NCBI GenBank assembly: GCA_029856365.1
Contig: JAHQWW010000004.1
Span: 50,580 to 114,579, forward strand
Reading direction: 5' to 3'
Length of the DNA stretch: 64,000 bases
Origin: Candidatus Hodarchaeota archaeon
GTDB taxonomy: Archaea > Asgardarchaeota > Heimdallarchaeia > Hodarchaeales > Hodarchaeaceae
A program made the translations under genes and the position numbers. Shown piece by piece: positions 38,248 through 48,438 of the stretch. Below the pieces are notes generated by a model that saw nothing but the letters and a program-made list of their open reading frames with translations, was not told the origin of the DNA and did not search any database. The stretch's first letter is position 1. Each line of letters opens with the position of its first letter.

Positions 38248-38787
38248 TTAGATTTCTTCTTCGAAGGAATGGAGGTACTGACGAACGAGATCTTTGTATA
38301 TTCCTGGAATCACTTTCCCTCCGATCTTCGCAGACACCTCATAGAATGAAGCCCCGTATTGATTGGCGTAGTTTCTTCCTTCCTGACTAGTCACCTCACG
38401 TACATCTCCAAGATCAAGTTTATTCCCGACAATTGCTAAAATAGCTTCCTCTCCGACAACACTTCGGAAATCAGCAATCCACTGGTCTAGATCATCAAAC
38501 GTGGCATGATTTGTAATGTCATAAACTATCATACATCCAAAAGCCCCTGTAAAATAGGCTTTTCTAAGATTCCCAAAGTACTCCTGGCCAGCTGTATCAA
38601 CGAGAAGTAGTTTAATTTGTTGGTTGTTAACATTGACCCGTTTTGTAGTAACATCTACCCCTATTGTTGGTGTATAACTTGAAGAGAATTTGTTTTCTGC
38701 ATATCTTCGAATAAGGCTGGTCTTACCAACTCTGTAGGAACCCGCAGAGCAGATCTTTAATAACCAGTCATCCTTAGATGCACTCAT
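38248..38787 (-). CDS. Rab-like small GTPase
   Basis: G1 GSYRVGKT, YTPTIGVD, G3 DTAGQE, G4 NKLD, G5 EVSAK. Confidence 0.95.
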   Translation of the reverse strand: MSASKDDWLLKICSAGSYRVGKTSLIRRYAENKFSSSYTPTIGVDVTTKRVNVNNQQIKLLLVDTAGQEYFGNLRKAYFTGAFGCMIVYDITNHATFDDLDQWIADFRSVVGEEAILAIVGNKLDLGDVREVTSQEGRNYANQYGASFYEVSAKIGGKVIPGIYKDLVRQYLHSFEEEI

Positions 38788-39049
38788 TTGACAATACCCT
38801 CAATCTTATAATGTTAGAAACATAATTATAAAAAATCTCTAAATCACATTTTTTTTCGTGTGTTATTAATTCATAGATTTTTTGAATACATTTCTCTCTT
38901 TTACATTTCAACAATTTCTTTCATTTTATAGCATATGTCTATTTTTTTGTTACTGAAAGGAAATTAGTACTAAGAAGCACTAAACCTTAAATAACTTATT
39001 GAAAAATTGGGAGAGGCACACTCTAAATATTTCTAAAAAAAATCAGTTC

Positions 39050-39592
39050 TTAGAGACTAAATTTCTCTTCTTCTTGTAGATACAATAAATATCGTCGCAC
39101 AAGCTCCTCATATATTGCTGGAATCACTTCCCCTCCGAGCTTTGCAGATGTTTCATAAAAAGGGACATCATATTGAGTTGCAACTTTTTTTCCCTCTTCA
39201 CTAGTCACACAACGTAAATTTTCCAAGTCTATTTTATTCCCAATGATCGAAATAGCTGCATTTTCTCCGACTACACTTTGGAAATCACCTATCCAACGGT
39301 CAAGATCTTCGAATGTATCACGTCGGGTAATATCGTAAACTATGATGCATCCAAATGCTCCCTCAAAATATGTCTTTCGAATTCTTCCAAAATACTCTTC
39401 GCCTGCTGTATCTACCAATACGATCTTAACTTGATGGTTATCAACAGTGATTCTTTTTGTAGTAATATCTACTCCGATAGTGGGTAGATAGTCGTGGATA
39501 AACTTACCTTCTGCAAAACGACGAATAAGGCTGGTCTTACCTACTTGGTATGACCCAGCAGAACAGATTTTTAGCACCCATTCGTTTCGCAT
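39050..39592 (-). CDS. Rab-like small GTPase, tandem paralogue of 38248-38787
   Basis: G1 GSYQVGKT, YLPTIGVD, G3 DTAGEE, G4 NKID, G5 ETSAK. Confidence 0.95.
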   Translation of the reverse strand: MRNEWVLKICSAGSYQVGKTSLIRRFAEGKFIHDYLPTIGVDITTKRITVDNHQVKIVLVDTAGEEYFGRIRKTYFEGAFGCIIVYDITRRDTFEDLDRWIGDFQSVVGENAAISIIGNKIDLENLRCVTSEEGKKVATQYDVPFYETSAKLGGEVIPAIYEELVRRYLLYLQEEEKFSL

Positions 39593-39823
39593 ATTAGAAT
39601 AACCTCTATCTTAGACAATAACTTACTCAAAATAGGTTTTTACACCTAAAATTGTAATTTTTTGCATTCTTAATTATTATGATTCACTTATTACTTATTT
39701 TTTCTTATTTTATTTCTACCTTTCCAAATGATCTTCCTATGATAATCAAAAATCTTTACCATTGTTAAGCAATATCACTAAAGAACAATCATAAAACGGG
39801 AGGATTAGTCCTAGTATATATAT

Positions 39824-40435
39824 ATGATATTATTAAATGAAAAACTAGGAGTTGCGATTCCTTTGACAGTAGATATTATTGATATACGTCTCCACGGACG
39901 CGGGGGCCAAGGAGTTATGACCAGTAGTTATCTGATTGCTGAAGCTGCCCTTGTTGAAGATAAATATGTGCATGCTTTTCCTTCATTTGGACCTGAACGC
40001 TCAGGAGCACCAATTGCAGCATTCGCACGTATCTCTAATGAACGATTTTATGTTAAGACCGAAATATATGAACCAGACATTGTTATCGTGCAGGATCCCA
40101 CACTATTAGGGCAAGTGGATGTGGCTGCAGGCCTTAAAGAAGGAGGGCTTGTAATTATCAATACAGATGACCCCAGTTCCGAAGAAGTCGTTAAACTGAG
40201 AGAATCTCGTCCTGATGCTAAGTATGCGACAGTAGATGCTACTAAGATTGCAGCAGAAGAGATTGGAATTAAACAGACGAATACTGCCATTCTAGGCGCC
40301 TTGATTAAACTCACTAGCGAAGGAGTGATAAAACTCGACTCAATCAAGAAGGCTATTATGGCTAGATTTAGAGAAGAGCCAGCTAAGAAGAACATTAATG
40401 CTATAAACCGTTCTTTTGCGGAGGTTGAAATCTAA
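39824..40435 (+). CDS. porC: pyruvate/2-oxoacid:ferredoxin oxidoreductase gamma subunit (start probably TTG 39863)
   Basis: IRLHGRGGQG, FPSFGPERSGAP, VDATKIA, NTAILGA. Confidence 0.93.
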   Translation: MILLNEKLGVAIPLTVDIIDIRLHGRGGQGVMTSSYLIAEAALVEDKYVHAFPSFGPERSGAPIAAFARISNERFYVKTEIYEPDIVIVQDPTLLGQVDVAAGLKEGGLVIINTDDPSSEEVVKLRESRPDAKYATVDATKIAAEEIGIKQTNTAILGALIKLTSEGVIKLDSIKKAIMARFREEPAKKNINAINRSFAEVEI

Positions 40436-40782
40436 TGCCCACTCTTCCAACAGATGTGTCAGATGAAGAATTTAAGCAATGGGTAAAGGAAAAATGGGGG
40501 TATAAAAAACTTCCTATGGCTGGTAGCGCACCAGCAGGAAGCGCGAAATTTTTCCGTACTGGTGATTGGGCTGCAATGCGGCCAGTTTTAATTGCAGAAA
40601 ATTGCATTTCATGTTTGGAATGTTATTTTTATTGTCCAGATAGTGCAATCAAAATGGAAACTGGTGAAGACGGCAAAAAACGTCCAAAATTTGATTATTT
40701 CTATTGTAAGGGGTGTGGTGTCTGCGCGAATGAATGTCCAGGTAGAAAAGGAATGAAAGCAATAGTTATGGAGGAAATTTAA
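40435..40782 (+). CDS. porD: pyruvate/2-oxoacid:ferredoxin oxidoreductase delta subunit, 2x[4Fe-4S]
   Basis: TGDW...RP, CISCLECYFYCPD, YCKGCGVCANECP. Confidence 0.93.
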   Translation: MPTLPTDVSDEEFKQWVKEKWGYKKLPMAGSAPAGSAKFFRTGDWAAMRPVLIAENCISCLECYFYCPDSAIKMETGEDGKKRPKFDYFYCKGCGVCANECPGRKGMKAIVMEEI

Positions 40783-41958
40783 ATGGCAAGAATCGCGGTC
40801 ACGGGTGATGATGCAGTAGCCCTTGCTGCAAAAGCTGTTAATCCTGATGTTGTCGCTGCTTATCCTATCACCCCTCAAACAATCATAGTTGAAAGATTTG
40901 CTGATTTTGTCGCTGATGGTGAAGTTGATACTGAATTTGTCACAGTTGAATCAGAACACAGTGCGATGTCTGCTTGCGTGGGAGCTAGTTCTGTTGGTGC
41001 TCGTGTTTTCACAAGTACTGCTAGCGCTGGCCTCATGCTTATGTACGAAATAGTCTTTATTGCAGCATCTTCTCGTACACCCATTGTCATGGCGCTCGCC
41101 AACCGGGCAATAAGTGGTCCCATAAATATCCATGGTGAAATGACAGATCAGATGCTCCTTCGAGACTCTGGTTGGATTAGTCTCTTCTGTGAGGATAACC
41201 AAGAAGCTCATGACCAAACCATCATGGCTTTTAAGATCGGAGAACACCCTGATGTTTTATTACCTGTAGCTGTGGGCCTAGATGGATTTATCCTATCACA
41301 TGCCATCGAGGGAATTGAAAAAGTTTCTCGTGAAGAAGCATTAAGATTCATAGGAGGAGAAAGAAAGACAGATCTGAAACTAGATACTTCAAAACCATTA
41401 AGTATTGGCCTTCTCCATTTACAAGACTATTATATGGAAGCGCGAGCACAAATTAAAGATGCTCAGGATAGGGCGAAAAAAGTCATCTTAGATGTATTTA
41501 GCGAATGGGAAACACAAACTGGACGTAAATATGAGCCTATTGAATCTTACATGATGGAAGATGCTGAATATGCATTTATAACCATGGGCTCCTCTGCGGG
41601 AAATGCTCGAACAACTGTCGATGAACTTCGTGCAAAAGGGGAAAAAGTGGGACTAATTAAGATCAGAGTATACCGTCCTTTCTGGAGCGATAGAATTGTT
41701 GAACTTTGCAAGAACCTGAAAGGATTAATCTCGGTTGAACGAGCTCATTCATTTGGAGGCCCTGGAGCCATTCTTAGCCAAGACATCAAATCAGCCCTTT
41801 ATGGAAGTGGAATCTCTCCTTTACTAGCTGAATACACAATTGGACTAGGGGGCCGAGACACTCTCATCAGTGGCTACCATGGAATGTATAATAGAGCTAA
41901 GAAGGCTTTTGAAGAAGGTAAAAACTTACCAATTTTCTGGTGGGGGGTACGTGAATAA
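40783..41958 (+). CDS. porA: pyruvate/2-oxoacid:ferredoxin oxidoreductase alpha subunit
   Basis: AAYPITPQT, VESEHSAMS, DGFILSH, GLGGRD. Confidence 0.95.
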   Translation: MARIAVTGDDAVALAAKAVNPDVVAAYPITPQTIIVERFADFVADGEVDTEFVTVESEHSAMSACVGASSVGARVFTSTASAGLMLMYEIVFIAASSRTPIVMALANRAISGPINIHGEMTDQMLLRDSGWISLFCEDNQEAHDQTIMAFKIGEHPDVLLPVAVGLDGFILSHAIEGIEKVSREEALRFIGGERKTDLKLDTSKPLSIGLLHLQDYYMEARAQIKDAQDRAKKVILDVFSEWETQTGRKYEPIESYMMEDAEYAFITMGSSAGNARTTVDELRAKGEKVGLIKIRVYRPFWSDRIVELCKNLKGLISVERAHSFGGPGAILSQDIKSALYGSGISPLLAEYTIGLGGRDTLISGYHGMYNRAKKAFEEGKNLPIFWWGVRE

Positions 41959-41971
41959 AGGAGGAGCTATC

Positions 41972-42937
41972 ATGACAATTAATGTTCCTAAATATAAATT
42001 GAAAGATTTAGTAGACAAACCCACCTATTTTACTGGTGGTCACCGTCTTTGCGCTGGCTGTGCTGCTGGATCAATGGCACGTCAAGTAACGATGGCTTTT
42101 AATAAACCAACAATGATCTTCAATTCGACTGGATGCCTCGAAGTAGCAAGTACTATATACCCATTCTCTGCTTGGGAAGTACCATGGCTCCATGTGGCAT
42201 TTGAAAACTCAGCAGCAGTCGCTAGTGGCGTTGAAGCAGCAATCAAAGCAATGACAAGAAAGGGTACGTATACTGCTGGAAAAACTGACATCATAGTATT
42301 TGGTGGAGATGGGGGCACCTACGATATTGGTATCCAAGCCATTTCTGGAGCTTTTGAAAGAGGTCATGACCTTCTTTACATATTATACGATAACGGAGCG
42401 TATATGAACACTGGAATCCAACGATCTGGTGGTACACCATTCAGCGCTTCCACAACCACATCTCCTGCTGGTTCAGTAATTCCAGGAAAAACTCAATTTC
42501 GAAAACCTATAACTGAAATCATGGTAGCTCATCGAATTCCCTTTGTAGCAACAGCTGCCCCTGCATATCCAGCAGACCTAATCGCTAAAGTTCGGGCTGG
42601 ACTAGACGTAGATGGCCCTGCATTTATGCACATTGAAGCTTCTTGCAACCGAGGACAACGATTTGACCCGGCAAAATCGATTGAATATGTCAAAATGGCT
42701 GTAGAAACATGTTTACATCCATTATACACCGTAATCGACGGTGAATACACGCTTAGCCGACCTAGCGAACGAATTGCTAAAGATCCTTCAAGAAAAGTAC
42801 CTCTAGTGGAATTTCTCAGGAAAGAAGGACGATGGCGTCACCTTTTCAGGCCTATTGAACGTACAGATCTTATTGAGAGATTTCAAACAGAAGTCGATAA
42901 GCATTGGGAAGAACTACTTGTAAAATCAGGCTTCTAA
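41972..42937 (+). CDS. porB: pyruvate/2-oxoacid:ferredoxin oxidoreductase beta subunit (TPP-binding)
   Basis: GHRLCAGC, TGCLEV, GGDGGTYDIG, DNGAYMNTGIQRS; ATG 41972 follows a GGAGG SD (the track start at 41870 overlaps porA). Confidence 0.95.
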   Translation: MTINVPKYKLKDLVDKPTYFTGGHRLCAGCAAGSMARQVTMAFNKPTMIFNSTGCLEVASTIYPFSAWEVPWLHVAFENSAAVASGVEAAIKAMTRKGTYTAGKTDIIVFGGDGGTYDIGIQAISGAFERGHDLLYILYDNGAYMNTGIQRSGGTPFSASTTTSPAGSVIPGKTQFRKPITEIMVAHRIPFVATAAPAYPADLIAKVRAGLDVDGPAFMHIEASCNRGQRFDPAKSIEYVKMAVETCLHPLYTVIDGEYTLSRPSERIAKDPSRKVPLVEFLRKEGRWRHLFRPIERTDLIERFQTEVDKHWEELLVKSGF

Positions 42938-42942
42938 CCTTA

Positions 42943-42960
42943 CCTCTTTTTTTCTTTTTC
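42943..42960 (+). terminator. oligo(U) terminator of the por operon
   Basis: CCTCTTTTTTTCTTTTTC right after the porB stop. Confidence 0.55.
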
Positions 42961-43059
42961 AATATCTTATCCTAGATTAAGCTAATTTAAGTTTAGAGAG
43001 ATCGGAATAAAAAGATTTTTATCAGTTATTTATTTTGATAGTGAGCTGGAGTTCTAAAA

Positions 43060-43230
43060 TTGGCAGAATCAGGAATTATTGTTAAGGATACTGGAAAAGG
43101 GCTTCAACTTAATCTAGATGGAGAAATGTATAGAAAAATTGCTCAAGAATGGGAACAAGGCAAACTACGCCCATTTTATACTCATTTAAAGGATTTTATA
43201 AAGCATTTAGAAGAAGACTATGGCTCCTAG
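43060..43230 (+). CDS. 56-aa hypothetical protein (not in the ORF track)
   Basis: TTG start after a GGAG SD; MAESGIIVKDTGKGLQLNLDGEMYRKIAQEWEQGKLRPFYTHLKDFIKHLEEDYGS; fills the gap and converges on 43236. Confidence 0.7.
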   Translation: MAESGIIVKDTGKGLQLNLDGEMYRKIAQEWEQGKLRPFYTHLKDFIKHLEEDYGS

Positions 43231-43235
43231 AGATA

Positions 43236-43562
43236 CTACCAGTCATAAGGGGAGTTTCCATCTATCAACTCTCCAGAGAAAAGAATTAACAAATCATATA
43301 TTTCTCGACATGCGGCTAATTGCTCCGAACTAATGTTTTGTTTTGTCTGTAATTTTAAAAGTAGTGTTTCCTCCTCCCAAGCAATTCGTATATCAATCAT
43401 ATCGCTTTTATAGAAGATATGAAAAATTGGAGTCTTTTCAGAATATTGAAACTGGATCTCATTCTCCCTTAGTTTCGTTTTCAAATCCTCTTTTATATCA
43501 TTCCAGACGGATTTATCAGCAAACTGTACTATGAATTCATTTTGTTCTTGAACATCACTCAA
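43236..43562 (-). CDS. hypothetical protein
   Basis: 108 aa; 8-nt overlap with the upstream hydrolase gene. Confidence 0.7.
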   Translation of the reverse strand: MSDVQEQNEFIVQFADKSVWNDIKEDLKTKLRENEIQFQYSEKTPIFHIFYKSDMIDIRIAWEEETLLLKLQTKQNISSEQLAACREIYDLLILFSGELIDGNSPYDW

Positions 43563-44898
43563 TCTTAATTTGACTCCATTTTTCGGTTATAAATCTGTTA
43601 ATTTCACCTGCTACCTTCTCTGGTTCTTCGAAAATCACCATGTGACCTCCTGGGATTTCCTTGAAAGTCAGTAGGTGGCGAGGAATGCATTCAATCATTT
43701 CATCTTTTAAATCTTCAGGAATAAGCTGATCGTTTTCACCCCAAAGTACTAATAGGGGTTTTGTTAATGATTGGAGCTTTTTAGCATAATCCTTTGGTAA
43801 AAAATCTTTGAATATTTCATAATATACATTATCAGGGATACTAAATGCATGTTGAATAAATGGATTTATGATCTCATTTTTAGTACCTTTAGAATAAAGT
43901 ATCTTGGGAGCAAGTTTCTTAACCTGTCCTCTGAATGAACTCCAAATCTGAGTTGGAGGCAAGAGTTTAACTCCCTTTCTAAAATTATCTGTAGCACGGT
44001 GGGCACCTGAGATTAAAGCATATTTTTTAATATTAGAGTACTTCGGATTCGTGAACTCTTCTAAAATAATCGCAGAAAACAGAGAATGAGCTACAAGGAC
44101 AATTTCTTTTTCAGGGCCAAGGTACTCTAGAAAATCTTTAAGGTCTTGTATATAATCTTTTAATTTGAACTCTTCATCCTGTGTAATTGGTTCAACGAAC
44201 CCACGAAGTCCTAAGATAATTATTTGATATTGTCCGAGTAACGAAGAGATTAATGGATAATAATCCTCGATTCTTCCACCAACGGGTGACAGCAATAATA
44301 ACACGGTAGAATGGGAGTTTGAAGTGCTGTAAAAACAAACTTTACGGTCATTAAGCTCTATTTCGCGGATTTGGTAAGGAAAAGTTGGTTCTAATGGTGA
44401 AAGAACAGTTTTTGTAGGTTTAATGGCAAATGATCGCAATCGTGAAGTGACATCCCCTAAAAATTGTTGGAATTGTTCAACAGGTGTCGTTAACAACTGT
44501 GCAAAAATTTGAATTACATCTGCTTCTAAATGTTCAATATCCTCGGACTCTAACGCTCGAGTTTCTTCTTGAAACGCTAAAATCTCATTCTTCACAAATT
44601 CTAAATCAGCTAAACTAAAAGAAAAGAGCGGATTCATCTCGTTTGGTGGTTCACCTAACTTTAATTGCAGATAATGCTGTTTTTTCATTTTCTGACGTTT
44701 TTCTATTATGATTACGTCCCGAAGATGCTTAAGAGGATAATTTACAATTATCAAAGGAGACCGTTCTGCTGTTTGGACTGCGAATTCGATCCGTTTTTTC
44801 GTATTATTCAGTCGTAAAATACCATGACGTTTATCTCGTAAGCGTGAATCTCCTTCGTGATAAGTAGCTAACCATTCTGCTCTTATCTCTTTTGACAC
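43555..44898 (-). CDS. alpha/beta hydrolase with an extra N-terminal PH-like domain
   Basis: LGLRGF, elbow VAHSLFS, LVLWGENDQLIP, PGGHMV...EEPEKV; N-terminal 110 aa of strands ending in a helix. Confidence 0.8.
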   Translation of the reverse strand: MSKEIRAEWLATYHEGDSRLRDKRHGILRLNNTKKRIEFAVQTAERSPLIIVNYPLKHLRDVIIIEKRQKMKKQHYLQLKLGEPPNEMNPLFSFSLADLEFVKNEILAFQEETRALESEDIEHLEADVIQIFAQLLTTPVEQFQQFLGDVTSRLRSFAIKPTKTVLSPLEPTFPYQIREIELNDRKVCFYSTSNSHSTVLLLLSPVGGRIEDYYPLISSLLGQYQIIILGLRGFVEPITQDEEFKLKDYIQDLKDFLEYLGPEKEIVLVAHSLFSAIILEEFTNPKYSNIKKYALISGAHRATDNFRKGVKLLPPTQIWSSFRGQVKKLAPKILYSKGTKNEIINPFIQHAFSIPDNVYYEIFKDFLPKDYAKKLQSLTKPLLVLWGENDQLIPEDLKDEMIECIPRHLLTFKEIPGGHMVIFEEPEKVAGEINRFITEKWSQIKIE

Positions 44899-44931
44899 GT
44901 TATCATGCTTCCTTACGGGTATTTGCTTGAT

Positions 44932-45276
44932 CTAAGTTGTCTTTAAATTTGGAATTATACATAAGAAAACTAAATCTTCTTCTCCAGTGTTCCGATAACC
45001 ATGGGATTCATCCGAGGGGACATATAGTGTGTCTTCTGGGTGAATATGAAACTCCTCGGAATCAGTGAAAACAATCCCTTCTCCTGAAAGAATGAAAATC
45101 TCATGTTCTTCTACATGATTGTGTATCCCTATTTCCCCACCTGGTCTAATCACAAATCTCCTGAGAGAAAAATGAGGCGCTTCCTCTTTAGACCATAACC
45201 ATTGAATTGTTGTACCCGAGGATCCGTACATGGTTACATTTTCAGAAGAGATATCTATCACTTTCTTCAAATTCAT
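44932..45276 (-). CDS. cupin domain protein
   Basis: PGGEIGIHNHVEEHEIFILSGEG...VPSDESHGYRNTG. Confidence 0.92.
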   Translation of the reverse strand: MNLKKVIDISSENVTMYGSSGTTIQWLWSKEEAPHFSLRRFVIRPGGEIGIHNHVEEHEIFILSGEGIVFTDSEEFHIHPEDTLYVPSDESHGYRNTGEEDLVFLCIIPNLKTT

Positions 45277-45324
45277 TTTATTACCTTCAACTGCCTATAT
45301 AAGACTTGTGTTTCACAAATAAAC

Positions 45325-45543
45325 TCATTTATCAGTTAATTTCTTGCTTGTTTGGTGAATCCTTTCCTTAACCATATTAGTAACTCCACTCTTCTCCAGT
45401 TCTTCTTTTATAGATTCTTTAGCAATATCAGCCGCAGCCCCACCAACTGCTCGTGTGGTCACGTTCAATGCTTCTTTGGTAGCACCTTTTACTATCTTTT
45501 TCGTAATTTTCTTCATGACTTTTTCCCGAAAGAACTTTATCAA
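45325..45543 (-). CDS. small amphipathic helical hypothetical protein
   Basis: K/A/E-rich 72-aa ORF, co-oriented with the cupin gene. Confidence 0.55.
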   Translation of the reverse strand: MIKFFREKVMKKITKKIVKGATKEALNVTTRAVGGAAADIAKESIKEELEKSGVTNMVKERIHQTSKKLTDK

Positions 45544-45649
45544 GACTCTTCAAAAATCATTGCATAGATATTTCAAAACAAGATGTCATAAAGCTTGAGT
45601 AAACATTACTAAACGATGAATCTATGATTCCTGCTAGAGATGAAAGGCT

Positions 45650-48328
45650 GTGAAACCATGGTATGAAATAGTTCTCCCTCATTCAATGATTCGATCAGGT
45701 CACATAAAGGAGAGCTTTTTTGTTGCTGATCTAGGCAACATAATCCAAGGATTAGCACCCTCAGATTACTCTAATCCTCGGATGTTCTTTCAAAAAACAT
45801 TTCTAACTAAAGGATTACTTAGCCTTCTAAATACAGTACAAACAAAACTGTGTAATGAAGAAGGTAGTGGAATAATTAAATTACAAACACCATTTGGAGG
45901 AGGAAAAACACATGCATTAATCGCTATTTATCATTATGTTGCAAATGGAGCTGAACTTCACAATTATCTTCCACAGAGTTTATCACCTTTCAAAACCAGA
46001 GTTGCAGCAATTGTAGGAACAAACTTAAATCCTTTAGAAGGACGAAAGGAGCACAATATCTGCATCCACACAATATGGGGGGATATTGCGTACCAGATTG
46101 CAGGAGCTAATGGTTACAAAGAATTTGAAGCAAATGACATAAACCGCATTAGTCCTGGGAAGGAAAAAATTAGGAATTTTCTCATGAAATGTGAACCATT
46201 TCTTCTTCTTTTTGATGAAATTGCAGAATATGTTGCAAAAGCGCAAGGGATATCAGTAAATGAATCCAATCTTGGAATCCAAACCTTGCTATTTCTTCAA
46301 GAATTAACTGAATCAATTTCTTCATTATCACGAGGCTTATTAATAATTACTCTTCCATCTCATGAATTTGAAGACTTTTCGGAGACAAAACTTGACATAA
46401 TCAATCGGATGAACCGTATCATTGGACGCGTGGAAGTAATTGAGACACCAATTGAGCGTGAAGAAATATATCGGTTAGTTACGAAAAGATTGATTGATAA
46501 GGTACTCCTCCAAAAAGATCATGATGATATTATTTCAGAATATCTGCAGATATATCAAAAACGGAGAAACGAACTTCCTGAAAAGATCCAAGATCGGACT
46601 TTCTCAAGACGAATGAGAGATTCATACCCCTTTCATCCAGAACTTATTGATTTGCTTTATGATAAATGGCGTTACCTTTCATCATTTCAGGGCATAAGAT
46701 CGATTTTAAGAATATTAACACGGACTCTTACTTATCTATGGTCTTCCCAGAAAAACCTAGACCTTATTCGTCCTATGAATGTTAATCTTCAAGAGTCTCT
46801 GCTAAGAAACGACTTTTTAAGGCACATTAATGCTCAGTTCGAATCAATTTTTCGTTCAGATGTAATTGGGTTTGACTCTAAAGCTAGTTATCTCGATAAA
46901 AAGTATCCAGATTGGAATAATCTTGCTTCGGGACTCTCTCAAACAGTTTTTTTACATTCATTTACGCTAGGTGAAACCCCAAGAGGTTTAACTCTTTCTG
47001 AACTCAAACTGAATACAATTAATCCACAGATTCACTGTTCTTTAATCTCTGAGATTCTTCATCAACTCCTTAGAACTCTCTACTACTTGCATTTTGAAGA
47101 TGGACGATATTATTTCAGCCATGAGCCTAATCTAAATCGCAAAATTCAAGAGATAAAAGATTTATTTCAAGAGGATTTCGAAGAAGAAATGAGAGAAGAA
47201 GTTAAAAAGCACGTTGGGAAAGAATTTTCAACATTCATTTGGCCAAATTCCTCGAGTGAAATTCCTGATGATCAAAAGCTAAAGGTTGTGTTAATCCATC
47301 CTTCAACTCCGAAAAGTTCATTAAAAGATTGGTTGGAAAAAAAAGGGACTACATTCCGCCAAAATAAAAACACGATTATTTTTGCTATTCCTAATGAATC
47401 TCATCTCAACGACTTACAGAATTTAATACACACCAAACTTGCTTTAAAAGAATTAAAGGCAAAAACTAATACAAAATCATATAAAATTTATTCAGAGATC
47501 AAACAACGACAAGATAGGATTATGGATTCATTATCTTATAGCGTTAGAAAAACATATTCAATTCTTTACGATGGAACACGTACAATTTCACTAGGACTCC
47601 CTCAAATTGATTATGAACCTCTTACAACATGGTATCATCGTGAATTGCTTACACGTGAATTCATTGTTTCTAAACTCCATTTTCGAAAGTTAATTGAACT
47701 GTTTTTCAGCTCAGGCCAATGTATTTCGACCCAACAAATCCTTAAACAATTTTTTGTAAATCCTGATTTTTTCAAGATCGAATCTACTGCTATAATTCAA
47801 CAAACAATTTGCAGCGGAGTTGAACAAGGAGCTTTTGGAATCGCAATTTTAAGTGATAACAAGATACAAACGAATTCATTCTTTTTTTCAGTTGAACTTG
47901 CCCCAACACAGGTCACCTTCTTGTCAAAAGAAGTACTCTTAAGTAAGGAAATTGCAGGTGTAATAGCCAGTCAAATAACTAATGATCCTAAAATAGAAGA
48001 AATACTGATTCCTGAAAAGCCCGAGAAAGTTACTCCTTCTGATCTTTTATATTCATCAACTGAAAAAAGAAAAACTCAAGATTTCTATTCACTATCTCTA
48101 GAAGTTCAAGATCTAAGATCAAAATCTTTACCAGCGTTTTATCGGGGAGTTCTTATGCCATTGGAATCCAAAAAAGCCAAAATTTCTCTAGAAATTAAAT
48201 TAAATGTTAAGAGCGAACATAAGATCCCTGAAACGGCAATTGAAACGACAATTAAGGAAACTATTCGTCAACTTGGGGCTCGAATCACCAGAATCAATAA
48301 AGAGGAACAAAAATCATATGAAAAGTAA
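45650..48328 (+). CDS. DUF499 family AAA+ ATPase
   Basis: MKPWYEIVLPH, FVADL, FFQKTFLT, Walker A LQTPFGGGKTH, TIWGDIAYQ, Walker B LLFDE, SYPFHP, FQGIRSILR, EPNLN. Confidence 0.88.
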   Translation: MKPWYEIVLPHSMIRSGHIKESFFVADLGNIIQGLAPSDYSNPRMFFQKTFLTKGLLSLLNTVQTKLCNEEGSGIIKLQTPFGGGKTHALIAIYHYVANGAELHNYLPQSLSPFKTRVAAIVGTNLNPLEGRKEHNICIHTIWGDIAYQIAGANGYKEFEANDINRISPGKEKIRNFLMKCEPFLLLFDEIAEYVAKAQGISVNESNLGIQTLLFLQELTESISSLSRGLLIITLPSHEFEDFSETKLDIINRMNRIIGRVEVIETPIEREEIYRLVTKRLIDKVLLQKDHDDIISEYLQIYQKRRNELPEKIQDRTFSRRMRDSYPFHPELIDLLYDKWRYLSSFQGIRSILRILTRTLTYLWSSQKNLDLIRPMNVNLQESLLRNDFLRHINAQFESIFRSDVIGFDSKASYLDKKYPDWNNLASGLSQTVFLHSFTLGETPRGLTLSELKLNTINPQIHCSLISEILHQLLRTLYYLHFEDGRYYFSHEPNLNRKIQEIKDLFQEDFEEEMREEVKKHVGKEFSTFIWPNSSSEIPDDQKLKVVLIHPSTPKSSLKDWLEKKGTTFRQNKNTIIFAIPNESHLNDLQNLIHTKLALKELKAKTNTKSYKIYSEIKQRQDRIMDSLSYSVRKTYSILYDGTRTISLGLPQIDYEPLTTWYHRELLTREFIVSKLHFRKLIELFFSSGQCISTQQILKQFFVNPDFFKIESTAIIQQTICSGVEQGAFGIAILSDNKIQTNSFFFSVELAPTQVTFLSKEVLLSKEIAGVIASQITNDPKIEEILIPEKPEKVTPSDLLYSSTEKRKTQDFYSLSLEVQDLRSKSLPAFYRGVLMPLESKKAKISLEIKLNVKSEHKIPETAIETTIKETIRQLGARITRINKEEQKSYEK

Positions 48329-48438
48329 TATATTCACCAATTCTGTTTATATTAGGGCAATATCATCCTCCAAGTGCTCGAGAAAACACATTTCACAAGA
48401 GAAAAAGTTTAAGTATTAACAAAGTAATTCTCAACTTC

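Noticed and set aside
41870-41971. Track start of porB at 41870
   Set aside because: Overlaps porA by 89 nt; ATG 41972 has a GGAGG SD
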